A stretch of DNA of 64,000 nucleotides from an uncultured Planctomycetota bacterium (GCA_963849325.1 CAWKHF010000007.1:96001-160000), one strand, 5' to 3'. Counted from the first letter of the stretch, positions 32,948 to 44,591 are shown. Notes: generated from the letters alone by a model not told the origin. Program-made: numbers and translations.

Positions 32948-33150
32948 GGACACGCCTCCGGGCGACTGGAACGCTAGAAGACAATAAACCGCCAAGGCGT
33001 CAAGGGCGCCAAGAGAAGAAAGCGAGAACGAACCGATTCCTCTCTTCTCCCGGTCTTTTCCTGGTGCCTTGGCAGTTCCTTCGGATGCGGATACACTCGT
33101 TGGATGACGGGCCTGGGGTATCATCGGGAACTTTCTTCGGTGGAGATGCC

Positions 33151-34363
33151 GTGAACGCCATCCGCATTTGCTGTCCGGGACTTCGGATCGTGCTGCTTCT
33201 CACCGCCATCTCGGGCTGTGCTCCTCGGCCCGTCGCCGATACGGCCTCGACCGGCGAGACGCCGGTCCCACCGAGTAGCGACTTCGCCATTCGCCTGCAC
33301 GGCGAGGAGCAACCGACCGTCGAAGTGACCGGCCTGCTCCCCGAACAGTTGCGGGCCTTGGCACGTCTCGAACAGACGCCGGAGCAGTGGCAGACGCTGT
33401 TCGCCGTCTACGTCGAGCGCAGTGGCGACCGTTCCGGGCAGCCGGCCATGCTCGGCTCTTATCGCGTCGAGAAGGACGTCCTCCGCTTCGAGCCGCGTTT
33501 CCCCCTCATGCGCGGCGTCGCCTACCGAGCCGTCTTCCGTCCCGCGCGCCTGCCGGGCCATGACGGCTCGTCGGAGCCGGCGGTGGAGACAGTCGTGCGG
33601 CTGCCCAAACCGGCGCCGGCGGCGCCGACGGTCGTGTCCCACGTCTATCCCAGCAAGGACGAGCTGCCCGAGAACCAGTTGAAGTTTTACCTGCACTTCT
33701 CCGCGCCCATGACCCAGGGGGATTCCTATAAGCATATCCACCTGCTTCGCTCCGACGGCAAGGAAGACGAGCGGGCCTTCCTCGAACTGCCGCAGGAGTT
33801 GTGGGACCGCGACGGCAAACGCTTGACGCTGCTGCTCGATCCTGGCCGAATCAAACGCGGCCTGAAGCCGCGCGAGGATCTCGGGCCGGCCTTGGAGGCC
33901 GGGCGACGTTACACGCTGGTCATCGACCGCGAATGGAAGGACGCCGAGGACAATGCGCTGAAAGAGAGCTATCGCAAAACTTTCCGCGTCCTGCCGGCCG
34001 ACGAGACCCAGCCCGATCCGAAGACGTGGAAGATGGGACCGCCCGCGGCGGGGACGACGACGCCGCTCGTCATGACGTCGCCGAAGGCGCTCGATCACGC
34101 TCTGCTGCGGCGCATGCTGTGGATTACCGACGCGATGGGCCGAAAAGTCCCCGGCGATGTGGAAGTGACGCAGCAGGAGACATGCTGGCGTTTCACGCCG
34201 ACGACGGCCTGGAAGGCCGGACGCTATCATCTCGTGGCCGACACGCCGCCTGGAAGACCTCGCCGGCAACAGCATCGCTCGGCCGTTCGAGGTCGATGTT
34301 CTCCATCCGGTCGAGCGTGCGATCAAGACGGAGACCGTGCAGGTCCCGTTCGAGGTGCGTTGA
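33151..34363 (+). CDS. putative lipoprotein with Ig-like domains, frameshifted near 34245
   Basis: lipobox 'ISGC'; 'VYPSKDELPENQLKFYLHFSAPM', 'RLTLLLDPGRIKRGL'; shifted tail 'LEDLAGNSI.RPFEVD'. Confidence 0.7.
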
Positions 34364-34382
34364 GCCGCAGGAGGCGACAACG

Positions 34383-35990
34383 TCACGTCCGGATGCCGCC
34401 GGGGCCTTTGAAGGCGTCGGAGCCGCCGTGTGAGGCCGACCCCATCGTGCCGTCCACACCGATCTTGCCCTCCGTGATGTGGACGGCCTTGTAGCCGCCG
34501 CGCAGCCGATCCGTCAGAGCAATGATCCCGAAGACGACGACGAGCACGCACGGCAGCACGGCCACCCAGCGGAAGGCCCAGGCGGCGCCGTTCTTCTCGG
34601 CGTTCTCGATGACGCCCTTCTCTCGCTGTGCCGTCGCATCTCCCGTCTGGGCCTTTTCCGCGACGACGTTGACCGCATCCGGGTTGAGCTTGCGACTGCC
34701 CGACGGATAGAGGTGCTGCGCGATGACCGCCGGCATCCAGCTCTTTTCTCCCTCCTTCACGAGCGGGATGTCGACGCCGTCCTTGGCCTGGACCGTGGCG
34801 TCCTGCAAGTCGGCGGGGATCGCCTGGACCGTATAGGAATCGTAAATGGCCCCCATCTGCGGCAGCGCCTGCGAGATGGCGAGATTGCCGATCGAACCCA
34901 TCAGGCCCAGAAGCAGGGCGCCGCCCTTGGGGAAGCGCTCGGCCGTGACGCCGAGCATGGTCGGCCAGAAGTAGGCGATGCCGATGCCGAACACGGTGGC
35001 GGCCATGAAGGCGAGTACGGCGTTATCGACAAAGCTGAGCCAGTACAGGCCGAGGCCGGCCAGGATCGCCGAGCACGTCAACATGCCGACCGGCGACAGC
35101 TTGTGCGACAGAGGGCCGGCGAAGAAGCGCATGACGAACATCAGGCCGCTGGTGTAGACGAAAACGAGCGTACCGGAGACGTGGGCCGTGCGCTTGAGCA
35201 CCGATTCCTGCCACTGGTTCGGCCCCAGCTCGGCCGAGGCGGTCAGCAACATGCAGAAGGCCCACAGCAGGAACATCGGCCGCAACGCTTGCAGGAACAT
35301 TTCGCCGGTCGAGACGTTGTGCTGCACGCGCTCCGTCTGGGGGAACGACTGGCCCAGGCACATGACGCCGTAGACGACCAGCGGCAGGAGCAACAGGCCC
35401 ATCTTGACCTGCCACAACTTGAACCCGTGCAGGTCCACGTTGCCCAGCACGTCCGGAGTGACGACGAACGTGGCCAGCAGACCGCTCAGGATGAGTCCTC
35501 CCGGCCACCAGGCATGAAGGACGTTCAGCTTATGCGTTTTCTCGCGCGGAAATAGCGTGGCGGCCAGGGGGTTGATGGCGATCTCGACGAGGCCGTTGCC
35601 GGCGCCGACGATGAACGTCGAGACCCACAATACCCAGTAACTGGTGTTCGCTCCCTGCCCTCCCAGGCTTTTGATCGTGCTGTCCACGAAGGCGGCGTGC
35701 GACACCTCGGCGGCGAAGATGGTGCCGAGGATGCCGACCAGGTGGCACAGCCAGGCGCACAGCAGCACCTTGCCCATGCCGAGAAAATCGCACAACGGCG
35801 CGAACACGAGCATGGCGACGGCCATGCCCAGGAAGGCCGCTCCCATGATCTCGCCGACCGTCTGCTTGGTGAAGGCGAAGTCCGCCCCCAGCGGATCGGC
35901 GATGTCTTGCCGGATCATGAACGAGAACGCCGACGTAATGAGCGCGATGCAGCTCGCCACAAAGAGGCGCCGCGGATTCATGGAGGACAC
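34383..35990 (-). CDS. MFS transporter
   Basis: about 12 TM helices, 'GAGNGLVEIAINPL', 'LHAWWPGG', 'FWPTMLG...ERFPKGG'. Confidence 0.9.
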   Translation of the reverse strand: MSSMNPRRLFVASCIALITSAFSFMIRQDIADPLGADFAFTKQTVGEIMGAAFLGMAVAMLVFAPLCDFLGMGKVLLCAWLCHLVGILGTIFAAEVSHAAFVDSTIKSLGGQGANTSYWVLWVSTFIVGAGNGLVEIAINPLAATLFPREKTHKLNVLHAWWPGGLILSGLLATFVVTPDVLGNVDLHGFKLWQVKMGLLLLPLVVYGVMCLGQSFPQTERVQHNVSTGEMFLQALRPMFLLWAFCMLLTASAELGPNQWQESVLKRTAHVSGTLVFVYTSGLMFVMRFFAGPLSHKLSPVGMLTCSAILAGLGLYWLSFVDNAVLAFMAATVFGIGIAYFWPTMLGVTAERFPKGGALLLGLMGSIGNLAISQALPQMGAIYDSYTVQAIPADLQDATVQAKDGVDIPLVKEGEKSWMPAVIAQHLYPSGSRKLNPDAVNVVAEKAQTGDATAQREKGVIENAEKNGAAWAFRWVAVLPCVLVVVFGIIALTDRLRGGYKAVHITEGKIGVDGTMGSASHGGSDAFKGPGGIRT

Positions 35991-36078
35991 TCCTGATACT
36001 CTGCTCCCAAACCCACGGGAGCGAGATGGTGTTTGGTATCATCTGCCGGACGCGATGTCAAATGGATTGGCCCATCCT

Positions 36079-38111
36079 TTAGCGAAGGGGATCGAAGTCC
36101 TGACCGAGCCGAGTGTACCACGTTTTCAGGTCCGCCAACTCCGACTTGGCACGCGGGCTGGCGTCGGGCAGCGTCACCGGCCGCGGCGCGACGAGGGCCG
36201 TCAACTGCTTGACGTCCAGCGCTTCGAGCAGACCGAAGCAGAACATCTCCGGCATCTGGTCCACCGACCGATTCTGCTCCAGCACTTCCTTGAGACTGCC
36301 CCACGCCCCATGCAGCTCCAGTCGGCCGATGGCTTTCTCCTCCAGTCCCGCCGCGACCAGAGCGATGAGACTCATGCGTGGGCCGACGGTGACGACGTGG
36401 AGGGGACCGTTCTTGTATTCGGTCTGCGACCATCGGGCCACCGCCGCCAGCTCGCTGGCCTGCACGCCGAGCGGCCGATCGCCCACCGCGGCCAACAGCA
36501 GCGCGAACAGAAAATCCTTCGCCGCCAACCGTGCCTCGCCGAAATAGAACAGATCGACCGCCAGGACGCGATGGCCCGCTTTCAGCAGGCGCTCGGCGTT
36601 GATCGGGTCGGCGCGGCGGCCGGCGTCGTTGACCAGGATGGTCGTCGCCTTCGGCTCGCCGCGCAGTCAGCTCGACGACCGGGACGGTCCACGCCTCGCC
36701 GAGACGGAGCTTCCAGAAGGTCGCTTTCAGACCGTCCTTCTCGGTGCCGTCCATGCGCGTCGCCTGCACGGTGAAATCGCGGGCGTGGACCACGGCGTGC
36801 AGCTTGTCGCGCTGCGTCTTCTGCCATTTTTCGGCCGCCGGCCGATCCGCAGGCAGGTCCGGAGCGAGCGGTAGTTTCCTGGCCAACTCCAGGGCGAGCG
36901 TGTTGAAGTCGGCGTTGTCAGTCGGGCAAATCCACGGCCAGGTCTTCCGCCGTCTTCACCTCCTTGTCCGACGGAATTTCGTCGCCCGAGTACGTCTTGT
37001 CACCCGGATAGAAGAAATCGCCGATCATGCGATAAAACGCCTGCCGATTGTCCTTTTCGTAGTTGTGCGTGCCGGGGTCGTCGTTGACGTGCGAACGCAG
37101 GGCCTTCTCCTGTCCGTACAGCTTGAAAATGGGGCGGGCGGCGTCGAGCAGCGGCGGCAGGGCGTAGCCGGCCTCGAAACAGCAATTGTCCTTCGCGTTG
37201 TAGGTCAGCAGCGTCGGCCGGGGAGCGCGCAGGGCGGTCAGGTGCGTGTAATCGGCGAAAGTGGCGAGATCGCAGGGCGTTTGCTCGGAGTCGCCGAGGT
37301 CCTTGAAATGATCGCGGACCTTGACGCGGAAGCTGGAATAACCGGCGACAGGGTTGGCCAGCTTGACACGCGGATCGAGCGAGCTGACGAAGATGGTCTG
37401 CCAACCACCGCCGGACAGACCGCTGACCGCGACACGCTCGGCATCGGCATAGGGCAGCGACAGCAGCACGTCGAGACCGCGCGTCATCGCCAGGTAAAAG
37501 GGAGCCACGCCGCTCGTGCCGCACAGATCGAGCTGGTTCATGCGATAGTGCTGAAGACTGGGTTTGCGCAGCTGCCCCATGCCGAACCACTCGACGTTGA
37601 GCACGGCCAGGCCGCGCTTGGCGAGGTTGATACAGCGGATTTGTTTGTAGCCGGCCGCCTTGCCCTTGCCGTCGTGGCCGTTGACGGCGAGCACGACCGG
37701 CATCTTCCCGGACAATTTCTCGGGTTCGTACAGCAGAGCGGGTATCCACAGGCCGGGCAGCGCCTCATAGCGCAGTTTCTTGATGCGATAACCGGGGCCG
37801 CCGGCGAGTGTATCGAACCATTTCACCTGCCCCTTGGCGTCGCGCCAGACGGCGGCCCGACCGCGGAAGACGACGCGGTCGAGGATGTCGCGGCGGAGGC
37901 GCTGAGCATACTTCTCCCACTCGTCCACCGTTTTCACCGCCGGCAGACGCGGGATGCGCAGCTCGATGCGGTCTTGCACGTCGAGCAGAGATTGGCGCGG
38001 CCCGATGATTTCGCGGGATAGCGCCTGCTCCAGGGGTGAGGGTTCGGCGGCGCGGACCAGGGAGGACATTGCGGACAACAACAGCAACAGGCACGAGGTT
38101 CGCTGGAACAT
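36079..38111 (-). CDS. secreted acetylxylan esterase-like alpha/beta hydrolase, frameshifted
   Basis: signal peptide, 'VNGH', GxSxG 'GLSGGG', 'HNYE'; C-half in two further frames. Confidence 0.78.
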
Positions 38112-38335
38112 GGAAGGTCTCCGGGCGAGTCCGCGGCAGGCCAAGCGGCGAGGAGCGATTCGGCAGCGATCATACCCGCGCGCCGTGCAAGTCGCAACTT
38201 TTCACCGACTGTCCGCCGCGCCGGAGTTCGTATTGATTCACTTGGCGGGGCCATCCAGAATAAGCAACGCTCCGCGAACGAGCGGCCGCACGGTAGCGGC
38301 CGTGTTGCTTTTTCCCGACTTATCGAGGCGAACCG

Positions 38336-39454
38336 ATGCCGTCAGGCGCGAAGTATGTCGTCGGCGTTCCCAACGAAATCAAGACCCACGAATCGCGCGT
38401 CGCCCTGATCCCCGTCGGCGTCGAGGAGCTGACGCGAGCGGGGCATCGGGTGCTCATCCAGGCCGGCGCCGGCCAGGGCAGCGGCATCAGCGACGAGCAG
38501 TATCGCCGCCACGGCGCCGAGATCGTGCCCGGCGCCGCCGACGTCTGGCGGCACGCCGACCTCATCGTCAAGGTCAAGGAGCCGCTGCCGGTCGAATGGC
38601 CGCTGATGCGTCCGGGCCAGATCGTCTTCACCTACTTCCACTTCGCCGCCGACGAATCGCTGACGCGCGCCGTCATGCAGTCGGGCATCACCGCCATCGC
38701 CTACGAGACCATCCGGGACGCCCAAGGCCGGCTGCCGCTGCTGACGCCGATGAGCGAGGTGGCCGGCCGCATGAGCATCCAGGAGGGGGCGAAGTTCCTG
38801 GAACGGCCGTTCGAGGGCCGCGGCATCCTGCTCGGCGGCGTGCCGGGCGTGCTGCCGGCCAACGTGGTCATCCTCGGCGGCGGCGTCGTCGGCGCCAACG
38901 CCGCCAAGGTCGCCGCCGGCCTGGGCGCCAACGTCACCATCCTCGACATCAACCTCGACCGCCTGCGCTACCTCGACGACGTGATGCCGCGCAACGTGAC
39001 CACGCTGTACAGCGACCGGCACAACATCCTCGACAGCCTGGCTCGCACCGACCTGCTGATCGGCGCCGTGCTCATCCCCGGTGCGCGAGCGCCGCACCTG
39101 GTCCGCCGCGAAGACCTCAAGCGCATGCCGCCGCGCGCCGTCATCATCGACGTGGCCATCGACCAGGGCGGCTGCGTCGAAACGTCCCGGCCGACCACGC
39201 ACAGCCATCCGACGTTCATCGTCGATGACGTGGTGCATTACTGCGTCACCAACATGCCGGGCGCCGTCGGCCGCACCAGCACCTACGCCCTGACCAACGT
39301 GACGCTGCCCTACGTGCTGCAGCTGGCGCGCAAGGGATTCGACCGAGCCATCGGCGAGAACGCGGCGCTGCGACAGGGCGTCAACATTCACGGCGGCAAA
39401 GTGACTAATCCTGCCGTGGCCGCCACCTTCGGCTTGGAGTGCGCCACGCTCTGA
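38336..39454 (+). CDS. ald: alanine dehydrogenase
   Basis: 'GVPNEIKTHESRVA', 'KVKEP', 'PMSEVAGR', 'GGGVVG', 'DVAIDQGGC', 'NMPGAV'. Confidence 0.97.
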   Translation: MPSGAKYVVGVPNEIKTHESRVALIPVGVEELTRAGHRVLIQAGAGQGSGISDEQYRRHGAEIVPGAADVWRHADLIVKVKEPLPVEWPLMRPGQIVFTYFHFAADESLTRAVMQSGITAIAYETIRDAQGRLPLLTPMSEVAGRMSIQEGAKFLERPFEGRGILLGGVPGVLPANVVILGGGVVGANAAKVAAGLGANVTILDINLDRLRYLDDVMPRNVTTLYSDRHNILDSLARTDLLIGAVLIPGARAPHLVRREDLKRMPPRAVIIDVAIDQGGCVETSRPTTHSHPTFIVDDVVHYCVTNMPGAVGRTSTYALTNVTLPYVLQLARKGFDRAIGENAALRQGVNIHGGKVTNPAVAATFGLECATL

Positions 39455-39856
39455 GGAAAGCCAGTAACCCCCCGAAGAATAGAGGAGGGTGGGGGAAAAT
39501 GGCACCGATTGAGGTTTTTCGCTTGACAGCGGGATGCCGTAGATTTGGACTATCTGTATTCGAACGTGCGCCCGAAGCAGGGGATGAGGGCGCGCTCGAA
39601 GAACAAGTTCGGCTTGGGTTTGCCAAGCCACGGGAATACGGCCAATCACTTTTGAGCGACGAGGACGAAAGGGTTACAAGGTGGTGGGAAGATCGGCGAT
39701 TGTGTCTACTCACACGATCCGTCACATCCTGCTTTCTTCGGTAAGTCCTTTCCTGGTCTTGTGATCGATTTCTTCCTCGAAGTCCGATGGGCGAATTCCA
39801 GCCCATTGACCCTTCGAGGATTGCATCCAAAGGCGATATTTTTAGGAGGGAATACC

Positions 39857-41005
39857 ATGAAGGGTAAAGGCAAGATCAACCGTCCGAAGCCTGCCGCGCC
39901 AATGACAGGGGACCAGATACTTCGGCGGGAAAATGTGGTGAAACGGCAGCCCCTGCCCAAGGAGTTGCAAAACCTCAAGTCCGCGAATAGTTTCGCCAGT
40001 GCGAGTCAGGTCAGCCTGGAAAAGATCGAGATCCCTTCCGGAGATGGTTTGCAGACCTACCGCATCGGTGGCGGACAGAAGGTGATGCGCGGCCTGCCGA
40101 CGACGGAATTCGTTCGTCTAAAAAGGGACGAGGTCAAGGCCGCCTCGCCAACCCTGCCTTTACCGCCGCCCCGCATCCCCGACTGGGCCGACGTGATTTA
40201 TCACCCGAAGATGGCGCCGCCCATCGCCCGCCGCCCCATGCGGCGCGCCAACGGCAAGCGGGTACAGCCGCTGTACATCTTCAACGGCGGCCGGCAGGCA
40301 TTCTTCCCCTCCGGCTATCCGTGGCAGTGCATCGGAAAAATCTTCGTCTGGAATGATCCCTACAGCGCCAACTGGTCCTGGACCGGGAGCGGCGTGCTGG
40401 TAGGCCGTAACGTCGTGCTGACGGCGTTGCACGTCGTGCCCTGGGCCGCCAACCCCGCGATGATGCAGTTCATACCGGCTTACTACAACGGCGCCTCTAC
40501 CCTGGGCCCTGACGTGTACTCCTACGTCAGCGCCACGTCGGCGTACTACCAAGAGCCGAGTCCAAACCCGGATAAGGCCGCGTGGGACTTTGCGGTACTG
40601 CGGCTGATCGACCCCCTCGGCGACAGTCTGAGCTGGTTCGGCAGCAAGACCTATGACGATCACTGGAACGACGGCAACTACTGGACGCTCGTGGGCTACC
40701 CCGACCTCGTTGCCGGCGGCGCACAGCCGTCGTGGCAAAATGGGATCAGCTTTCACGACGTTGACGACGACGGCGATGCACGGGAGCTGGAAACCGATAA
40801 TGGCGACGCCTCACCGGGCGACTCCGGTGGCCCCTTCTTCGGCTGGTGGGACGGGGAGAGCGGACCCTCCGTGGTCGGCGTGGCTTCGGCACAGGAGGAA
40901 GAATGGGTCATCTCCTTGATCCCCTACCCCGAGGACAATAATGTTGCTGCCGCCGGTTCACCGATGGTCGATCTGATCAAATGGGCGCAGACCAACTGGA
41001 CATAA
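39857..41005 (+). CDS. trypsin-like serine protease (V8/glutamyl-endopeptidase-like)
   Basis: AGGAGG RBS; catalytic triad 'LTALH', 'WDFAV', 'GDSGGP'. Confidence 0.85.
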   Translation: MKGKGKINRPKPAAPMTGDQILRRENVVKRQPLPKELQNLKSANSFASASQVSLEKIEIPSGDGLQTYRIGGGQKVMRGLPTTEFVRLKRDEVKAASPTLPLPPPRIPDWADVIYHPKMAPPIARRPMRRANGKRVQPLYIFNGGRQAFFPSGYPWQCIGKIFVWNDPYSANWSWTGSGVLVGRNVVLTALHVVPWAANPAMMQFIPAYYNGASTLGPDVYSYVSATSAYYQEPSPNPDKAAWDFAVLRLIDPLGDSLSWFGSKTYDDHWNDGNYWTLVGYPDLVAGGAQPSWQNGISFHDVDDDGDARELETDNGDASPGDSGGPFFGWWDGESGPSVVGVASAQEEEWVISLIPYPEDNNVAAAGSPMVDLIKWAQTNWT

Positions 41006-41098
41006 AAACGGGAAAAGAGACATCGTAGAAATTCACGCCGAACAATTGCAGAGCTTGGGATTCAGGAAAACCCGGAAACGAGTTGAACGGCGTGCGGC

Positions 41099-43201
41099 TC
41101 AGCGCGGCGCCTTCTGAGGGGCGGGGACCGCCGGTGCCGGAGCGACGATGTCAGCGCCGACGCCTGCCGGAGCGTCTCGACGCATCTGCCAGCGGCCGAC
41201 TGCTTCCGCAGCGTCCTCGTCGAGCATCCACGTCAACGCGATGTCTACGACCGTCGCCGACGCCGCCGGCAGTTCCCGTTGACGAAACTCGACGCGCACG
41301 CCATCGGATAGGCGTTTGACCGCGAACATCGTCGGCGGCATCGTCGCCATCGGTGTGCCCATTTCGCGGAGATAGCGCAGGGCACGAAGATGTCCGGCCG
41401 TTTGTTCGTCGCTGTCGGAACCGATGCGGGTGACGTGGGCCAGCAGTTGCCGACAAGACAGCAATCCCAGGGCACTGACCGGGCCTTCGGCGTGTACCGC
41501 AGCCAGGCCGCGCGGCAGATTGAGCAGGTCTTTCGGCCGAGCGCTGTCACGCAGTGTCGCGGCCACGCGGCCGCGATGCCAGCCCAGCACGATGATCTTA
41601 CCTCGCCGACCGTAGTGAGCCGGCAAGCCCTGGAGATCCGGGTCGGCTGTCTCCGCCGTGAAGGAATGAACGATCTGTCCGGCGATCGTGTGCCGATGGG
41701 GTTCGGCGACCTTCGCACCCATGCCGTAGAGACGAGGCAGCACCGATTCGAGATCCCTGGCGGCATCCTCGTGGACAGCCTCAATCACGAGGACCGGATA
41801 GACGCCGGCTTCCTTGTCGGGCCGGCCGACCAGATGCACCGCCACGGCGGCCGACTGGATTTTCGCCAATACGTCTCGCCCCAGGCGCAGTTGCAGGCTT
41901 TTTTCCAATTCACCAAGCGCCTTGCTCGGCGGAGGTGTCTTCTCGTCCGCTTCTGCGGCGAGGGCGTCGGCCAGTTTGAGGACACGGGCCAGAGTGACGG
42001 GTCCGTCCGGCAGCGGCACAGCGAACAGAGCGAAGGCGTCGGCGGGCACGGCACGCAGCAGATTGGGACTGATCTTTTCGTTCGGCAGCAGTTCAAGGAG
42101 AGGACTGGTCTGTTTCTCTTTCATGCGCGCCTCGAAGCGGCAGACGAATTCGCCCTCGTGCAGCGACCAACCGGCCGCGGCGTAACGCATACCGGCGGGA
42201 TTGACTAACTCCTGGAAGACCGTCCATTCGTAGGTGTCGCGGCGGTGCTGGGCCTCGACATCGCGGAGGGCTGCTCGCAGCTTGGCGGGATCGCGCTTCT
42301 CTCCCTTGGCCAGGGGCCGCAGCCGAATCTCGTCCTGAAGGCGGATCAACTCACGGCGCAGAAGATCGTTAAGACAGCGCGTCAACCGTGGTGGATCGAT
42401 CCAGGTGAACAGGCCGGGACGATTTCGCATCTCGGCGGCGGCGCGAAACGCCGGCACGGTCGCCAGCGATGGATCGGACGGCTTGCCCTTGAGGCGGCGG
42501 ACCATGTCGCTGACGGACTCGGGCGTGGAACCGGCCGCGATGACACCGGGCATCAGCGCCAAAAAGCATCCGTATTCCGGCTTTTCTTCTGCCTCCCCTA
42601 CCGGCATGTCTTCGAGCCGGGCGACGGCGTAGGTAGCGCGAGGCCGTGGACCGCGGAGGAGACGCACGAGCGTGGCGGCAGGCTCCCAAGCTCGCCGGGC
42701 GATTTCCGGCCGCTTGCGCTTCTCGGCGTCACCGATCTGGAGGATCGGCACGCCCTCGACACGGGCGATGCAGCGGACTTCACCGCTTTCCATCAGGGCA
42801 ATGCCCAGAGCGAGAGGAAGCATGCGACTCTTGCCGGTTCGCATCGCGCCGACGATCTCGGGGTTGCCGTCCTTGGTGAAGCCGGTCAGGGCCATGCAAC
42901 CGCCCTGCCAATCGCCCAACTCGTCGATGAACTCCGGACTGGCGAGCCAGGCGAAGAGGAAAACCTCCTCCATGTTCCTCTTCTTCGCCTGGTGAGCATA
43001 GAAGGAGACGGGATTCTGGAGGTAGGAACCCTTGACGAGCGCGTGCAGCTCGCGGGCCAGGCGCGATGGGTCGTGCAATTCCAGGTAAGCCAGGGTGCGG
43101 GCGGGAACAAGGTTGGCCAGGTCGTGGACCTCGGCGGAGGCCGGCCCGGCCAGGACGAACAGCAGACACGTCGAGCCGGCGAAGCGGAGGCGACGATTCA
43201 T
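41099..43201 (-). CDS. secreted hypothetical protein (DUF3352-like N-terminus)
   Basis: signal peptide; 'LANLVPARTLAYLEL' and 'LLRAVPADAFAL' repeated pattern; long ORF. Confidence 0.6.
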   Translation of the reverse strand: MNRRLRFAGSTCLLFVLAGPASAEVHDLANLVPARTLAYLELHDPSRLARELHALVKGSYLQNPVSFYAHQAKKRNMEEVFLFAWLASPEFIDELGDWQGGCMALTGFTKDGNPEIVGAMRTGKSRMLPLALGIALMESGEVRCIARVEGVPILQIGDAEKRKRPEIARRAWEPAATLVRLLRGPRPRATYAVARLEDMPVGEAEEKPEYGCFLALMPGVIAAGSTPESVSDMVRRLKGKPSDPSLATVPAFRAAAEMRNRPGLFTWIDPPRLTRCLNDLLRRELIRLQDEIRLRPLAKGEKRDPAKLRAALRDVEAQHRRDTYEWTVFQELVNPAGMRYAAAGWSLHEGEFVCRFEARMKEKQTSPLLELLPNEKISPNLLRAVPADAFALFAVPLPDGPVTLARVLKLADALAAEADEKTPPPSKALGELEKSLQLRLGRDVLAKIQSAAVAVHLVGRPDKEAGVYPVLVIEAVHEDAARDLESVLPRLYGMGAKVAEPHRHTIAGQIVHSFTAETADPDLQGLPAHYGRRGKIIVLGWHRGRVAATLRDSARPKDLLNLPRGLAAVHAEGPVSALGLLSCRQLLAHVTRIGSDSDEQTAGHLRALRYLREMGTPMATMPPTMFAVKRLSDGVRVEFRQRELPAASATVVDIALTWMLDEDAAEAVGRWQMRRDAPAGVGADIVAPAPAVPAPQKAPR

Positions 43202-43371
43202 GTGCATCTTCCTTGAGCGTGAGGGGCAAACGGTTGCGTGTACCCTGCCTCTGTCCGTTGCCCGAATTGTAACAGACCCCTCAGTTTGAAACGAGTGCGG
43301 ATACGTTTCGCCGACGCGACATCGCAAGCGGTCTTGACGTTGGCCGGCGCGCGATTTATACCCGACGCGCT

Positions 43372-44469
43372 ATGAAAACCCTCGTCTCCTTCCTGGTGTT
43401 GGCAAGCTCCCTGACGCTGGCGGGTGCAGGCCGGCTGTCCGCCGGGGAACCGCCGAAGTCGCTGGAGAAGGGCAAGGTGCTCCTTCTCACCAACGAGCAC
43501 ACGATGGAAGGCGACATCGCCCGCGTCGGCGATGGCTACCGCGTGCGCCGGCTCATCGGCGAGACGTTGGTGCCGGCCGATCGCGTCCTGTGTCTGTCGG
43601 CGTCGCTGACGGACGCTTATGCTTTTCTGCGTTCACGGGCCAACCTGGGCGACGCGGACGAACGGCTGCGCCTGGCCAACTGGTGCCGGCTCAACGGTCT
43701 GCACTCGCAGGCGCTGGCCGAGATTCGAGCGGCGGTCGAATTGCGACCCGACCACGCCGAGACGCGCCTCATCCTGCAACACCTGGAACAGTCGGCGCCG
43801 ACGGCCGCTCCATCCGGGCCGGCGAAGACGGCGGCCCCGCTCGACACCGAGCCAGCGCCGCCGGTCGAGTTGACCACGGAGTCGCTCAGCCTGTTCGCCA
43901 CGCGCGTACAGCCGATCTTGATGAACACCTGCGCCAGCTGCCACGCCACGGGGAAGGGCGGCAAGTTTCGGCTGACACAGGCTTTCGAGAGCGGCCTCGG
44001 CAATCGGCGGACGCTGGAGCGAAACCTGTCGGCGGTGCTCGGCGAGATCAACGTCGGCCAGCCGGAATTGAGCCGGCTGCTGACCAAGGCGGTCAGCGAT
44101 CACGCCCACATGGGGCAACCTCCGCTCAAGGACCGCAAACAGACGCCGTATCGCACACTGGAGAGCTGGGTGAAACTGACCGTGGCCAACAATCCACACC
44201 TGCGCGATTCGCTGCCGGCAGCGGCCGCCGCGCCGGCAGCGCCGCCCTCGGCGTTCACGCCGGCTAACGGAACGCAATGGGGGGCGGACGCACGATCGCC
44301 CGTCTCCTCTGCTCCGCTGCCGCCTGCCGCGCCCTCGGCTCCCGTTCCGGTTTCCAACTCCGTACCCGCTGCGCCGCCCCCTGCCCCGATCGCCGGCCCG
44401 GCCGATCCGTATGACCCCGAACCGTTCAACCGCCAGATGCATCCCGAGACGAACAAGCCCAGCAGATGA
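43372..44469 (+). CDS. secreted hypothetical protein with a single heme-c CxxCH motif and Pro/Ala-rich tail
   Basis: signal peptide; 'FATRVQPILMNTCASCH'. Confidence 0.72.
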   Translation: MKTLVSFLVLASSLTLAGAGRLSAGEPPKSLEKGKVLLLTNEHTMEGDIARVGDGYRVRRLIGETLVPADRVLCLSASLTDAYAFLRSRANLGDADERLRLANWCRLNGLHSQALAEIRAAVELRPDHAETRLILQHLEQSAPTAAPSGPAKTAAPLDTEPAPPVELTTESLSLFATRVQPILMNTCASCHATGKGGKFRLTQAFESGLGNRRTLERNLSAVLGEINVGQPELSRLLTKAVSDHAHMGQPPLKDRKQTPYRTLESWVKLTVANNPHLRDSLPAAAAAPAAPPSAFTPANGTQWGADARSPVSSAPLPPAAPSAPVPVSNSVPAAPPPAPIAGPADPYDPEPFNRQMHPETNKPSR

Positions 44470-44471
44470 AA

Positions 44472-44571
44472 TAGGGACTAGGGAATAGGGACTAGGGGCT
44501 AGGGGCGAGAGAAGAATTCTTATTCAATGTCTTTTCTCGCCCTATTCCCTAGTCCCTATTCCCTAGTCCCT
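44472..44571. repeat. inverted pair of heptamer arrays (TAGGGAC/TAGGGAA) around an AT-rich loop
   Basis: atagggactagggaataggggactaggggctaggggcgaga...tctcgccctattccctagtccctattccctagtccct. Confidence 0.85.
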
Positions 44572-44591
44572 GTTCCGAAGGAGACGAACGC

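Noticed and set aside
39439-39744. 101-aa ORF downstream of ald
   Set aside because: No recognisable motif, atypical composition and overlap with ald; cannot be supported.
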